Counted from the first letter of the stretch, positions 1 through 9,764 are shown. The stretch is 64,000 nt of DNA from Vulcanimicrobiales bacterium (GCA_038215615.1 JBBQQR010000003.1:64001-128000), one strand, 5' to 3'. The notes: generated from the sequence alone by a model not told the origin. Program-made: numbers and translations.

Positions 1-30
1 AATTCCTCCCGTGTTTGCAACTCCGTGATA

Positions 31-114
31 TGGGACGGCCGGGACTCGAACCCGGACGGCCTTACGGCCAGCAAATTTTAAGTCTGCTGTGTCTACCGAT
101 TCCACCACCATCCC
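31..114 (-). tRNA. tRNA-Leu (anticodon TAA), CCA not encoded
   Basis: Reverse complement folds as a cloverleaf: acceptor GGGATGG/CCGTCCC-A, D-arm with GGTAGAC, anticodon loop CT-TAA-AA, long variable arm GGCC-GTAA-GGCC, T-loop TTCGAGT. Confidence 0.96.
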
Positions 115-157
115 AAAAAGAAGGGGCGGTCGACTCTTATCGAATCGGCCGCCCCTT
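115..157 (-). terminator. Intrinsic terminator-like hairpin downstream of the 179..613 gene
   Basis: 13-nt arms aaggggcggtcga (121-133) / tcggccgcccctt (145-157) with one imperfect pair, followed on the minus strand by TTCTTTTT. Confidence 0.6.
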
Positions 158-178
158 TACTGCCTGGAAAGCAGTTCT

Positions 179-613
179 TTAGGTCATCGAAGACGCGTCG
201 TCGGGCATCATTTCCGCGGTTTGCAAACGGATGGAAGCCGTGGCGGCTTCTTTCGTGGCCTCGATGGTGTCCTTGATGACTTCGCCGCCGCGGCGCACGA
301 TTTCACCGCCGGCTTCGCGCATTTTGTCTTTCATCTGATCGGTCATCGGTCCGATCCGTTCGGACTCGAAACGGGTGACCGGCAGCATCATACCAACCAG
401 AAAACCGACCGCCATTCCGGCAAGCAGCATCCCGATCGGGTTCTCCACCGTCACGTCCCGCACGCGCATGCCTGCGCTGCCGATCGCATCCTTTGCGCCC
501 TGGACGCGATCCATGACGGCTCCCTTCGCATCCTCGATTTTGTTCTGAGCCGCTTCTTTGCCGCGCTCGCGCACGTCTTCTACTTCGCGGGATTCGTACC
601 GCTCTTGATCCAT
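179..613 (-). CDS. Membrane-anchored stress protein, YqjD/ElaB/DUF883-like
   Basis: Charged helical N-terminus, ENPIGMLLAGMAVGFLVGMML hydrophobic segment; SD AAGGAGG 7 nt before the ATG. Confidence 0.6.
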   Translation of the reverse strand: MDQERYESREVEDVRERGKEAAQNKIEDAKGAVMDRVQGAKDAIGSAGMRVRDVTVENPIGMLLAGMAVGFLVGMMLPVTRFESERIGPMTDQMKDKMREAGGEIVRRGGEVIKDTIEATKEAATASIRLQTAEMMPDDASSMT

Positions 614-678
614 GCCATGTCCTCCTTCACGCTACGCGCAGTTTTGATCAAAATCCAGTGGTGTTGCGTCCCGAAATT

Positions 679-1131
679 TTATAGCCGCTCGTCGTGCCGG
701 CCGCCATTCAGCGACGATTCGCCAAACGTGGGCTGTGATTGCGCGTAACTCTCGACATAATCGGGCTGCGCCCAATCACGCGGGCGGTTCGCACTACGGA
801 CAGCGCGTGCGGCTGCCATGCCGCCGACCAAGCCAATGCCAGCCAAGAGCCACGTGCGTCCGCGTGCGAAGTCTTGCGCATCGCTCCAAAGCGACGTGCC
901 GTCGCGCGACCGTAAGTAGCTCGCGGCATCGCTTACGCCGCCGGCCAACATATCCACAAGATCGGCCGCCTGGGGCTCGCCCTTTTCGCGCAAGACTTCG
1001 CCGACGTCACTCGCCACCGTGCCGTAATGCTCGACCCGGTCGGCCAGCATTTCAGCGCCGCGACCGACGGCCTGATTGATCACGCCCTGCGAGCGTTGCC
1101 ATAAATCACTGGGGTCCATACGTATCGCCAT
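679..1131 (-). CDS. Hypothetical stress-type protein with a C-terminal hydrophobic helix
   Basis: Start moved to MAIRM at 1131 (SD GGAGG upstream); QDFARGRTWLLAGIGLVGGMAAAR is typical of DUF883-neighbour proteins. Confidence 0.6.
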   Translation of the reverse strand: MAIRMDPSDLWQRSQGVINQAVGRGAEMLADRVEHYGTVASDVGEVLREKGEPQAADLVDMLAGGVSDAASYLRSRDGTSLWSDAQDFARGRTWLLAGIGLVGGMAAARAVRSANRPRDWAQPDYVESYAQSQPTFGESSLNGGRHDERL

Positions 1132-1240
1132 CTTGCTACCTCCATTATGGTGAGTCGTCCAGTACATACCCAAGCAAAAGACCAAAGGGCGGGCAGGCAA
1201 CCGTTTCCAACCCTACTACCTTGGAGAAACAACCGCTGCG

Positions 1241-1891
1241 ATGATCTTCCGAGATCGCGCCGATGCAGGCAAAGAGTTGGCTAGAAAACTGGCTCCTCAC
1301 AAAGGTAGCGGCGCGCAGGTGCTGGCGCTGCCGCGCGGCGGAGTGCCGGTGGCTTTCGAAGTTGCACGTGCGCTGCGCGCGCCGCTCGACGTTTTCGTGG
1401 TACGTAAACTGGGTGTTCCGGGGCATGTGGAGCTCGCCATGGGAGCAATCGCGTCGGGCGGCGTGCGCGTCCTGAACGAAGAGACGCTCGCAGAACTGCG
1501 CATCAACGACGCGACGCTAAACGCGGTCACGCAAGCGGAACTGGCAGAACTGCAGCGCCGCGAAAACGCTTACCGCGGCGGCTTACCCCCGCCGCAGGTT
1601 TCTGCGAGACCCGTGATTCTCATCGACGACGGACTCGCCACGGGCGCAAGCATGTATGCGGCCGTGCTTGCACTGCGCGCACTGTCCCCGAGCAAGATCG
1701 TCGTCGCGGTGCCGGTGGCGCCTGCCGATGCGTGCGCGAATATCGCGCGGTACGTCGACGAAATGGTCTGCGCCGCAACGCCGGAGCCGTTTCGCGGGGT
1801 TGGTGCTTGGTACGGCGACTTCCGGCAAGTGAGCGATGACGAAGTGCGTGCTATGCTGCGCAGCGCCAGGGATTGGCCGGGTACCGAATGA
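1241..1891 (+). CDS. Type I phosphoribosyltransferase-family protein
   Basis: FRDRADAG start, LALPRGGVPVA, PRPP-binding loop VILIDDGLATGASM. Confidence 0.9.
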   Translation: MIFRDRADAGKELARKLAPHKGSGAQVLALPRGGVPVAFEVARALRAPLDVFVVRKLGVPGHVELAMGAIASGGVRVLNEETLAELRINDATLNAVTQAELAELQRRENAYRGGLPPPQVSARPVILIDDGLATGASMYAAVLALRALSPSKIVVAVPVAPADACANIARYVDEMVCAATPEPFRGVGAWYGDFRQVSDDEVRAMLRSARDWPGTE

Positions 1892-2877
1892 GCGAACGCG
1901 AGATCGCATTGCGCGCGGATGGCAAGGTTTGCCGCACATCTGCCGGAAAGCCGCGCGCCGTGGGCCTGATTCCGAAGAATGTGGAAACTGCGACGATCAA
2001 GGTCGCGGGCAAGTCGCTTCCTCTGACAAACCTCAACAAGGTTTTCTGGCCGAAACTCGGCTTGCGCAAACGCGATCTGCTGGAATACTACGAGGGTATC
2101 GCCTCGGCGCTTTTACCGCACCTACGAGACCGCGCGATCGTCATGAAGCGTTATCCCAACGGTATCGGCGGCGAATTCTTCTTCATGAAGCGGACGCCGG
2201 CGTCGCGGCCGGCGTGGATCAAAACGTGTCCGGTCCAGCACGGTAAAGGCGTGATCGATTTTCCGCTCGCCAACGATGTCGCGTCGCTCCTCTGGCTCAT
2301 CAATCTGGGGTGCATCGATCTCAATCCCTGGTATGGTTTTTGCGATGCGCCGGATCAGCCGGATGTTCTTCACTTTGATCTCGACCCCGAGAAAGAGGCG
2401 CCCTTCGCGCTTGTGCGCGAAGCGGCGCTTATCGTGCGCGACGCGCTCGAAGTGCTCGGCATGACCGTTTTTGCCAAGACGTCTGGCGGCCGCGGCATGC
2501 ACATCTACACCGGAATCAAGCGCGGGCCGGCGCAGCACGAAGTCTGGGCGTTCTCAAAACAACTCGGACACGAACTCGCGCGCGCGCACCGCGACGTTTT
2601 CACGGTCGAATACAAAGTTGCAAACCGGCCGACCGGCAAAGTGCATCTCGACTACAATCAGAATCGCTCCGGGGCCACCCTCGCCTCCATCTATTCAGTG
2701 CGCCCCAATCAGTTTGCGGGCGTCTCCATGCCGGTGACGTGGAAAGAAGTCGAGGACGGGATCGAGCCGCACGACTTTACGATGCTGAATGCGGTTAAGC
2801 GCGTGAAAAACGTGGGCGATTTGTGGAAGCCGCTCACGCAGTCGCGCGGCCGCTTCGACCTGCGTTCCCTCCTTTAG
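1888..2877 (+). CDS. Stand-alone LigD primase-polymerase domain (NHEJ polymerase / PrimPol-like)
   Basis: LTNLNKVFWP, RYPNGI, FDLDP, KTSGGRGMHIY, DYNQN, YSVRP, SMPVTW motifs; ATGA overlap with the upstream gene. Confidence 0.9.
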   Translation: MSEREIALRADGKVCRTSAGKPRAVGLIPKNVETATIKVAGKSLPLTNLNKVFWPKLGLRKRDLLEYYEGIASALLPHLRDRAIVMKRYPNGIGGEFFFMKRTPASRPAWIKTCPVQHGKGVIDFPLANDVASLLWLINLGCIDLNPWYGFCDAPDQPDVLHFDLDPEKEAPFALVREAALIVRDALEVLGMTVFAKTSGGRGMHIYTGIKRGPAQHEVWAFSKQLGHELARAHRDVFTVEYKVANRPTGKVHLDYNQNRSGATLASIYSVRPNQFAGVSMPVTWKEVEDGIEPHDFTMLNAVKRVKNVGDLWKPLTQSRGRFDLRSLL

Positions 2878-2923
2878 GAGTCTTCCGCTCGCGCCACCCA
2901 CGGCGTCGCCGGATTCCGCGCCT

Positions 2924-3448
2924 CTAGTCGCTGGTCAAACGCGGCGGGGAAATTTGCAGCAAGCCCAGGACGTGCGAGAGTTTTTCAGCGAGCTTGCTTT
3001 GACCGCCGCGTAGCGCTTCTTCGCGCAGCGCGCGCAGCTCTTCGACCGCGCGGCTCACGTTAGGGCGGTTCATTTCGCGAAAAACCTCACGCGCGCGATT
3101 GAAACGCGTCTCCTCATCTTCTTCGCGGGAGCGGCGCTCGAACGAAGGCAACTCGTCGGAGTGTCCGAGCACGATGTCGCCCGCGATCTCGATAATCGCG
3201 TCGGCGTGCACGCGTGCGCCCGTCGCGGCCAGATCGACATAGCGATCCTCGCGATCGTGCGCGGAGATCGCGATCAGGTTCGCCTCTACGCAGAGTTCGA
3301 TCAAGCCGCCGACATAAGGAATCGCCTCGGTGGCCGTCTCCAAATACGCCTCGTAAAGCTCTTCTTCGTCCTCTTCGGTCGCATCTAAGTAGTAGCTCCA
3401 CGCGCGCCGCGCGTCGAGCACGGCCCTGAAAACCTCGCTATCGCTCAT
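2924..3448 (-). CDS. Hypothetical acidic helical protein
   Basis: Fills the gap co-directionally after ppx with GC3-rich codons; no recognisable motif. Confidence 0.6.
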   Translation of the reverse strand: MSDSEVFRAVLDARRAWSYYLDATEEDEEELYEAYLETATEAIPYVGGLIELCVEANLIAISAHDREDRYVDLAATGARVHADAIIEIAGDIVLGHSDELPSFERRSREEDEETRFNRAREVFREMNRPNVSRAVEELRALREEALRGGQSKLAEKLSHVLGLLQISPPRLTSD

Positions 3449-3481
3449 CGTGCGCACTTCTACGCACGGCCCTCCGGTCCG

Positions 3482-4351
3482 CTAGTGCCGCAGCAAATAG
3501 CCTAAGAGCAGATCGTTGGTTGTGACGAGCGCTTGCGAATGGCCCACCAAAATGTAGGCCTCGTCGAGAATCAGCGCGCCCGAGAGCAAAATGTCCGCGC
3601 GCTGAGCGACCATACCGGAAAGATCTTTGCGTTGTTCTACTGTAAGCAGCGACAACCGTTCGATAACGCTCGCCAGTTCGGCGCGCGCAAGCGCCTCGTA
3701 TGGCTCCGTCATTCGGCGGCCGGCCACAACCGCGCGCGATGTGGTTGCGCTTCCCCCTACCATTACCAAGCAATCGATTTTCGCGAAATCATGCAGCGGC
3801 CGGAGCATAATTTGTGCTTCCGCTCGGGCCTGTTTCATGTCACCGGCGGTAGCAACTTCGCGAAGTGATGGGAACCGCTCGGTCAAACGCACGGCGCCCA
3901 TCTCGAACGAAACGGAGGCGTCACGCGTCGCGTACTCCGAGCTGCCGCCGCCCACGTCGAGCACGCCGTAAGTCTGTTCGACAGGCAATCCCGAGATCGC
4001 ACCTTCATAGGAATACCGCGCTTCTTCTTCGCCGGTTATGATCTCCAGCGGCACGCCCGCAAGATCTTCGACGGCGCGTGCAAACTCTTCCGCATTGCCG
4101 GCGCGCCGCAGCGCGCTTGTAGCGATTGCTTTAAGCTCCGGATGAAACTCATGGATCGCGGCGACGTGCTCCTGCACAGCTTCCAACGTCCGGCGCATCG
4201 CGTCCTCGCGTAAGCGCCCGCTTTCGCGCAGGCCCTCGCCCAAGCGCGTTCCAGTCGAACGGTGAAGCAGTATCTTCGTCGCAGGATCGACCTCAACGGC
4301 GAGCGCTCTCGTCGAGTTCGTTCCGATGGAGATGACGGCTTTAACTGTCAG
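3482..4351 (-). CDS. ppx: Ppx/GppA family exopolyphosphatase (probable CTG start)
   Basis: The frame extends upstream of the ORF-track start as LTVKAVISIGTNSTR...TRLGEGL; ATSALR, EEARY, DVGGGSSE, RADIL motifs. Confidence 0.88.
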   Translation of the reverse strand: MTVKAVISIGTNSTRALAVEVDPATKILLHRSTGTRLGEGLRESGRLREDAMRRTLEAVQEHVAAIHEFHPELKAIATSALRRAGNAEEFARAVEDLAGVPLEIITGEEEARYSYEGAISGLPVEQTYGVLDVGGGSSEYATRDASVSFEMGAVRLTERFPSLREVATAGDMKQARAEAQIMLRPLHDFAKIDCLVMVGGSATTSRAVVAGRRMTEPYEALARAELASVIERLSLLTVEQRKDLSGMVAQRADILLSGALILDEAYILVGHSQALVTTNDLLLGYLLRH

Positions 4352-4706
4352 GGCTGTGGCGGGATTCGAAAAGTGCGGCGCGGCGTTTCTTGCGCAAAAA
4401 ATGACGCTCGTGCGCCGGCGCGGCGTCGGGCTTCTCCCACTCCTGCGTCATTTTGAGGTACTGCGCAATCTGCTCTTCGAGATCGGCGTCGTGGATTTGC
4501 GGCGCGAGCATGGCCAGCGGATGGCGCTCCTCGCCGGTCACGATGAACTCGGCAGGCTTGCGGCGCGCGAGCGCGCGGTCGTAGGCAGCGCGGTTCCGGG
4601 AGAGATCGGCGGCGGGAACCGTCGCTAAGCGGCCATCGTCTAGGCGGACGACCGCTCCAAATGCGTGGATGTTGATGACGACGCCTGGCTGCGTCTGGGC
4701 GTTCAT
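4341..4706 (-). CDS. Divergent S1-domain RNA-binding protein (YabR/YugI-like)
   Basis: GVVINIHAFGAVVRL resembles S1 strand 1-2; C-terminal LEEQIAQYLK helix; lies next to divIC/ftsB as yabR does. Confidence 0.6.
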   Translation of the reverse strand: MNAQTQPGVVINIHAFGAVVRLDDGRLATVPAADLSRNRAAYDRALARRKPAEFIVTGEERHPLAMLAPQIHDADLEEQIAQYLKMTQEWEKPDAAPAHERHFLRKKRRAALFESRHSPDS

Positions 4707-5047
4707 TGCCGAGGCGGTTTTACGTAAATGATCGTTTCGTTGGGACCGACCAAATGTAGCCGGTCGTGGATCTCGGGGACGGCGCCTTGCGGATCCATCA
4801 GACGCCGGATCTCACGCTGCTCGCTGCGCTTGCGGTGCGCGAGCGCGCCGATATCTTTTTGAACCGACGAAAGCGAGTGAGCCATCGCCACGTTTTCGTT
4901 GACGATGTGCGCGAACTGGATCGAGACGAGGGTGGCGGCTACAAGGACCATGGCGGCGACGGCAATGCGGCTCAGGAGACGGAAAACCTGGCCCGAGCGC
5001 TTTTTCACGGGCCGGTTCTTACTGTTTCCAGGCGCTCGGTTTGCCAT
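4703..5047 (-). CDS. ftsB: Septum formation initiator FtsB/DivIC family
   Basis: Basic N-tail, one TM helix, coiled coil, C-terminal RLHLVGPNETIIY. Confidence 0.75.
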   Translation of the reverse strand: MANRAPGNSKNRPVKKRSGQVFRLLSRIAVAAMVLVAATLVSIQFAHIVNENVAMAHSLSSVQKDIGALAHRKRSEQREIRRLMDPQGAVPEIHDRLHLVGPNETIIYVKPPRQ

Positions 5048-5985
5048 GCGCCTATTCGCCGGTACTTCTGATAGCGCGCCTCTTTCAGCTGCGCCGCCGG
5101 CAAGCTCGCGAGCTCATCGAGGGCGTCACCAATATTCTTCAACACGCGCGAGATCGTCCCCGCTGGATCGCGGTGCGCTCCGCCCGTCGGTTCGGGGACG
5201 ATTTCGTCGGCGATACCGAACTGCAGCAGATCTTGCGCGGTCAGCTTGAGCCGTGTCGCAGCTTCTTCAGCTTTCGACGCGTCGCTCCAGAGAATGGCCG
5301 CGCAACCCTCAGGGCTCGCCACCGAATAATAGCTGTGTTCGAGCATGATGATGCGGTCTGCGATGCTCATCGCGAGCGCGCCGCCGCTGCCGCCTTCGCC
5401 GATGACGGTTGCAACGATCGGGACGCGAGTGATCGTGAACTCGTACAGGCACGCCGCGATCGCCTCCGATTGGGCGCGTTCTTCCGAGCCTATGCCCGGA
5501 TCCGCTCCCTTGGTGTCGACGAAGGTCACAATCGGCAAGCCCAGATGCGAAGCCAAATGCGCCAAACGCTGAACCTTACGATAGCCTTCGGGCGAGGGCA
5601 TGCCGAAGTTGCGCCGCAGATTTTCCTTGGTATCGCGTCCACGCTGCTGCGCGATGGCCATCACGGAGCGCTCGCCGATTTTTGCGAATCCGCCGACGAT
5701 CGCATGATCGTCGCGGAAGTGCCGGTCGCCATGCAGTTCATCGAACTGCGCAAATTCCGCGATGTAATCCGCCGCGGTCGGACGATTGGGGTGGCGCGCC
5801 ATGTGCACTTTTTGCCACGGCGTCATCGAGCCGAATATCTCGCGCTGAATCTGCGAGTATTTCTCTTCGAGCGCGAGAATTTCGGGCGAAAGGTCGAGCG
5901 ACTGTTGGGCGTTGGCCGCGCGCAGCTCGGCAATGCGCTTTTCGAGTTCGAGCAGCCCTCTCTCGCGTTCCACGATCAAATTCAC
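5005..5985 (-). CDS. accA: Acetyl-CoA carboxylase carboxyltransferase alpha subunit
   Basis: ARHPNRP, ELHGDR, NFGMPSPEGYRK, IGEGGSGGAL, SPEGCAAILW. Confidence 0.97.
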   Translation of the reverse strand: MNLIVERERGLLELEKRIAELRAANAQQSLDLSPEILALEEKYSQIQREIFGSMTPWQKVHMARHPNRPTAADYIAEFAQFDELHGDRHFRDDHAIVGGFAKIGERSVMAIAQQRGRDTKENLRRNFGMPSPEGYRKVQRLAHLASHLGLPIVTFVDTKGADPGIGSEERAQSEAIAACLYEFTITRVPIVATVIGEGGSGGALAMSIADRIIMLEHSYYSVASPEGCAAILWSDASKAEEAATRLKLTAQDLLQFGIADEIVPEPTGGAHRDPAGTISRVLKNIGDALDELASLPAAQLKEARYQKYRRIGAWQTERLETVRTGP

Positions 5986-6836
5986 GAGGCCGCGGTCCGC
6001 GCACGGTGGCCGGCAGCCGCGTAATCGAGCAGCCGCGTTAGCGTCGCTTTGAGATCGGCGCGCGAAACGACCATATCTATATGGCCCTTCTCCAACAGAA
6101 ACTCGGCGGTCTGGAATTGATCCGGGAGCTTTTGCCGGATGGTCTGTTCGATGACTCGCCGTCCGGCGAAGCCGATCATTGCCTTAGGTTCGGCTGCGAT
6201 CACGTCGGCCTGGAACGCAAACGAAGCCGAGACGCCGCCGGTCGTGGGATCGGTCAACACGGTCACCAAGAAATTTCCATCTTCGCGATAGCGCGCCACC
6301 GCCGCCGTCGTCTTCGCGAGCTGCATCAGCGCGAGCATGCCTTCTTCCATTCGTGCGCCGCCGCTCGCGGTGAAGATCACACACGGCAAACGAAGCTCGC
6401 GCGCCCGTTCGAGTAGCATGGTGATCCGTTCGCCGACGACCGTTCCCATTGTGCCGCCGCGGAAGTGAAAATCCATCACGCCGATCGCCGCTTCGAAACC
6501 GCCGATTTTTCCGGTTCCGCAGATCACGGCTTCGCTCAATTGCGATTTCTCGCGATCGCCGGCAAGCTTTGCGGCATACTTCCTTTTATCGACCCACTCC
6601 AGCGGATCGCCCGGCAAAACGTCTGCGCCGATTTCTCTGAAGTCGCCGTCTACGGTGATGTTGATCCGGTCAACCGCGCTCATGCGAAAGTGGTGGCCGC
6701 AGCGCGGGCAAACCCAGAGATTGGCCGCCAGATCGCGCCGGTACAATACCTCGGAACACTTCGGACACTTGCTCCACGTCGCTGCGTCTTCGGATTGTTC
6801 GTTTTTCGCGCGGCGGCGCGGCAGCCAATCAGGCAT
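5982..6836 (-). CDS. accD: Acetyl-CoA carboxylase carboxyltransferase beta subunit
   Basis: WSKCPKC...CPRC zinc finger, SGGARMEEG, DPTTGGVSASFA, GFAGRRVIEQT. Confidence 0.97.
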   Translation of the reverse strand: MPDWLPRRRAKNEQSEDAATWSKCPKCSEVLYRRDLAANLWVCPRCGHHFRMSAVDRINITVDGDFREIGADVLPGDPLEWVDKRKYAAKLAGDREKSQLSEAVICGTGKIGGFEAAIGVMDFHFRGGTMGTVVGERITMLLERARELRLPCVIFTASGGARMEEGMLALMQLAKTTAAVARYREDGNFLVTVLTDPTTGGVSASFAFQADVIAAEPKAMIGFAGRRVIEQTIRQKLPDQFQTAEFLLEKGHIDMVVSRADLKATLTRLLDYAAAGHRARTAAS

Positions 6837-7547
6837 CTACGAGCTCGAAAATATCCGGCCGGCGTAAAGTTTACGCAGCTGCTTCAAGTAGTTGAGAATT
6901 TCTTTGTTGTTGAGCTTCGATTCGCCCAAAACGCGATCGGTAAACACATACGGCACTTCCAGCGCTTTGCCGTAATGTCCCTTAGCGATCACTTCGAGCC
7001 CGATCTTGAATCCGATCGGATCGAGTTCGACGCCCTCGATCGCTGAACGCCGCACCAAGAAGTATCCGCTGGTAATATCCTTGATGCGCGTCAGCGGCTG
7101 CGCCAATGCGCACGCGACCTTGGAGGTAACGATGCGCCTCCACGGCCAGTTGGTAATTCCGCCGCCGCGCACGTACCGGCTGCCGACCGCTAAACCGTAA
7201 CCATCTTCGAGCGCGCGCACGAGCTTTGGAAGAATCGCGATGTCGTGACTGAAGTCGGCGTCCATGGCGCCCAGCGCCTCGGATTCCGGCCGCGCGGCGC
7301 GCCACCCATCGATGACGCCGCTCGAAAGTCCGAGCTTGCCGGGGCGGTGCAAACAGCGGACCGGAAGCTCCAATGCGAGGCGGTCGGCGATCGCGCCGGT
7401 ACCGTCGGGTGAATTGTCATCAACGACGACGATCTCACCGTCGAGCGCGTTTTTCGTGAAGATGTCGTTCAGCTCGCGAATCAGGCGTTCGATGCCGCCC
7501 GCTTCGTTGTACGTCGGAATGACGATGGAAAATTTTAAGCTGGACAT
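6837..7547 (-). CDS. GT2 polyprenol monophosphomannose synthase-like glycosyltransferase
   Basis: SIVIPTYNE, VVDDNSPDGT, MDADFSH, GSRYVRGG, DRVLGESK. Confidence 0.9.
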   Translation of the reverse strand: MSSLKFSIVIPTYNEAGGIERLIRELNDIFTKNALDGEIVVVDDNSPDGTGAIADRLALELPVRCLHRPGKLGLSSGVIDGWRAARPESEALGAMDADFSHDIAILPKLVRALEDGYGLAVGSRYVRGGGITNWPWRRIVTSKVACALAQPLTRIKDITSGYFLVRRSAIEGVELDPIGFKIGLEVIAKGHYGKALEVPYVFTDRVLGESKLNNKEILNYLKQLRKLYAGRIFSSS

Positions 7548-7599
7548 GCCGTTCCCACAGGATACGACGCTGGAGCGTCCTGTCCCGGTCCGGGTCGTT

Positions 7600-7881
7600 C
7601 TAGGAGAGTCGTTTCAGCAGCGGGTTGGTCTGCGGGTCGTAGCCCGGCAGCACTTTATACATCTCGCGCGCGCTGCGCAGCATCACGCCCTCCTCGGAGA
7701 TCGAGAGCACCTCGTCCGCATCGAGGAGCGTCTCTTCTTTGGTGTCGTTCCAAAAAATGAGCAAACACTCCGGAACGCGCGTTTCTCCGATCGCAAAGAC
7801 GCCGCGAACCTCACCCAGCGCGCCTTCCGTCGAGTTGAGCACGGGCGTTCCATAAGCAAGATTTTCGAGCAGTTTAGGCAT
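7600..7881 (-). CDS. Hypothetical small protein, PRC-barrel-like
   Basis: GTPVLNSTEGALGEV resembles a PRC-barrel start; in the operon after rsmE. Confidence 0.55.
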   Translation of the reverse strand: MPKLLENLAYGTPVLNSTEGALGEVRGVFAIGETRVPECLLIFWNDTKEETLLDADEVLSISEEGVMLRSAREMYKVLPGYDPQTNPLLKRLS

Positions 7882-7887
7882 GCCTTA

Positions 7888-8619
7888 TTATACCCCCGCC
7901 AGGTAATTCAGCAACGCAACGACCACCAACGCCGCAGTTTCGGTGCGTAAAATGCGGGTTCCCAAACCGATTACGCGTGCTCCGCGCAGCTTCGCCGCCT
8001 CAGCCTCGGAATGCGCGAAACCACCTTCCGGTCCGATCACCACCAAAATGCCGCGCGCACCCGCAATCATCGAGGGAAGCTCATCACGCAACGGCGCATC
8101 GCCGGCAAGCTCCCACGGAAAAAGCACGCAATCGTAGATTGAAAACGTCTCGAGCAGCGCTGCGAACTCGACCGGTTCGCGCACTTCCGGAATCTCGTCG
8201 CGGCCGCATTGCTCGGCAGCAGTTTTTGCCAAACGCCGCCAGCGATCGAGCTTCCCCTTACCGCTTTCGACGACAACCGAGCGCTCGGAATAAAATGGTA
8301 CGATCGCAGCAACACCGAGCTCGGTCAGCTTCTCTACCACAAAGTCCATTTTTTGGCCCTTCGGTACGCCTTGCGCAACGGTTACCTGCAGGCGCGTCGT
8401 CACCCGCGGTGCGACGGGCACGCTGAGCTGCGCGCGCACAGCACCGTTCTCTACTTCAAGTATGGCGTTGAATCGATTGGCCGTTGAATCGATGATCTGA
8501 ACTACATCACCCGATCGCTTTCGCAGAACGTGAACGATCTTGTGCGCGTCATCTCCGGCCAGCGTCACGGTTTGGCCCGCGCCGTAAACGCCTTCGACGA
8601 AAAATCGCGGCGCCGCCAT
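7888..8619 (-). CDS. rsmE: 16S rRNA m3U1498 methyltransferase
   Basis: PKGQKMDFVVEKLTELGV, AAEQCGR, IGPEGGF, LGTRILRTETA. Confidence 0.96.
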   Translation of the reverse strand: MAAPRFFVEGVYGAGQTVTLAGDDAHKIVHVLRKRSGDVVQIIDSTANRFNAILEVENGAVRAQLSVPVAPRVTTRLQVTVAQGVPKGQKMDFVVEKLTELGVAAIVPFYSERSVVVESGKGKLDRWRRLAKTAAEQCGRDEIPEVREPVEFAALLETFSIYDCVLFPWELAGDAPLRDELPSMIAGARGILVVIGPEGGFAHSEAEAAKLRGARVIGLGTRILRTETAALVVVALLNYLAGV

Positions 8620-8621
8620 CG

Positions 8622-9761
8622 TTACTCCGGCCGGAACGCGTCTTTGACTTTGTCGAAGAACGACCGCTCTTGAACCCGATCTCCGCCCAGCCGCGCATAC
8701 TCTTCAAGCAGCTCCCGCTGGGCGTGCGTCAATTTTCCGGGGATTTCAACATGCACCGTTACGATGTGATCGCCCCGTTGCGTGCCGCGGACGGTCGGCA
8801 TGCCGCGTCCGCGCATTCTGATACTGACGCCGGATTGGGTGCCCGCGCCGATGCCGAGTTCGAGCTGCCCTTCGAGCGAAGGAACGCCGATCGCTCCGCC
8901 AAGCGCCGCCTGTGGAAAACTGATCGGCACCTCGACGTACGTGTCGAGTCCGTTGCGTCTGAAAACCTTGTGCGGCGCTATTGTAATGTAGACGTACAAA
9001 TCGCCGGCGCTGCCGCCGTGAGTTCCGGATGCGCCCGCTCCGCTGATGCGTATGCGGCTGCCCTCGTCGACGCCGGCCGGAATTTTTACGCTTAACGAAC
9101 GTTCGACTTCGCGCCGGCCGCGGCCGCCGCAATCGGGGCACGGATGCTCCACGACTTGGCCCTCGCCTCCGCACTTCGAGCATGCAGATTGCGTGACGAA
9201 TTGCCCGAGCGGCGTTTGGCGCACCGTCCGCATGACCCCGGTTCCGGAACAACGGTCGCAGGACGTTATCAGCGTGCCCACGGCCGCGCCCGACCCGCGG
9301 CACGTCTCGCAGGCCGCCAAATGCGAGAACTGGATCTCACGGGTGATGCCCGAGAACGCTTCTTCAAGTGAAATCTGCAGGTCGTAACGCAGGTCTTCAC
9401 CACGCGAGGGCCCATTGCGCCGCATCGTTTGCTGCGCGCCGCCGCGCTCGCCGAAGAACATATCGAAGATGTCGCCGAAGCCGCTCGAGCCGAAGCCCTG
9501 GCCGAAACCAAAGTCGCTGAAGCCCGCTCCCGAGCCCGCGCCGTTTCCAATCGTGCCGTATCGATCGTATTGCGCGCGTTTTTGCGGATCCGAAAGTACC
9601 TCGTAGGCTTGATTGATCTCTTTGAACCGGTGCTCGGCATCGGATTTGTCGGCCGCAACATCGGGATGATGCTTGCGGGCGAGCTTGCGGTACGCGCGGC
9701 GCACCTCGTCGGCATCCGCTGCCCGGCCTACGCCAAGCACTTCGTAGAAGTCGCGCGACAT
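8622..9761 (-). CDS. dnaJ: Chaperone DnaJ
   Basis: J-domain HPD, G/F region, four CxxCxGxG repeats. Confidence 0.98.
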   Translation of the reverse strand: MSRDFYEVLGVGRAADADEVRRAYRKLARKHHPDVAADKSDAEHRFKEINQAYEVLSDPQKRAQYDRYGTIGNGAGSGAGFSDFGFGQGFGSSGFGDIFDMFFGERGGAQQTMRRNGPSRGEDLRYDLQISLEEAFSGITREIQFSHLAACETCRGSGAAVGTLITSCDRCSGTGVMRTVRQTPLGQFVTQSACSKCGGEGQVVEHPCPDCGGRGRREVERSLSVKIPAGVDEGSRIRISGAGASGTHGGSAGDLYVYITIAPHKVFRRNGLDTYVEVPISFPQAALGGAIGVPSLEGQLELGIGAGTQSGVSIRMRGRGMPTVRGTQRGDHIVTVHVEIPGKLTHAQRELLEEYARLGGDRVQERSFFDKVKDAFRPE

Positions 9762-9764
9762 CGG

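Noticed and set aside
1..114. tRNA-Leu 3' end as an integration site of a genomic island
   Set aside because: Only 30 nt beyond the tRNA are visible; no integrase or duplicated att sequence was seen in the window
642..653. TTTTGATCAAAA perfect palindrome between two stress genes
   Set aside because: Single occurrence with no candidate regulator; cannot be distinguished from chance
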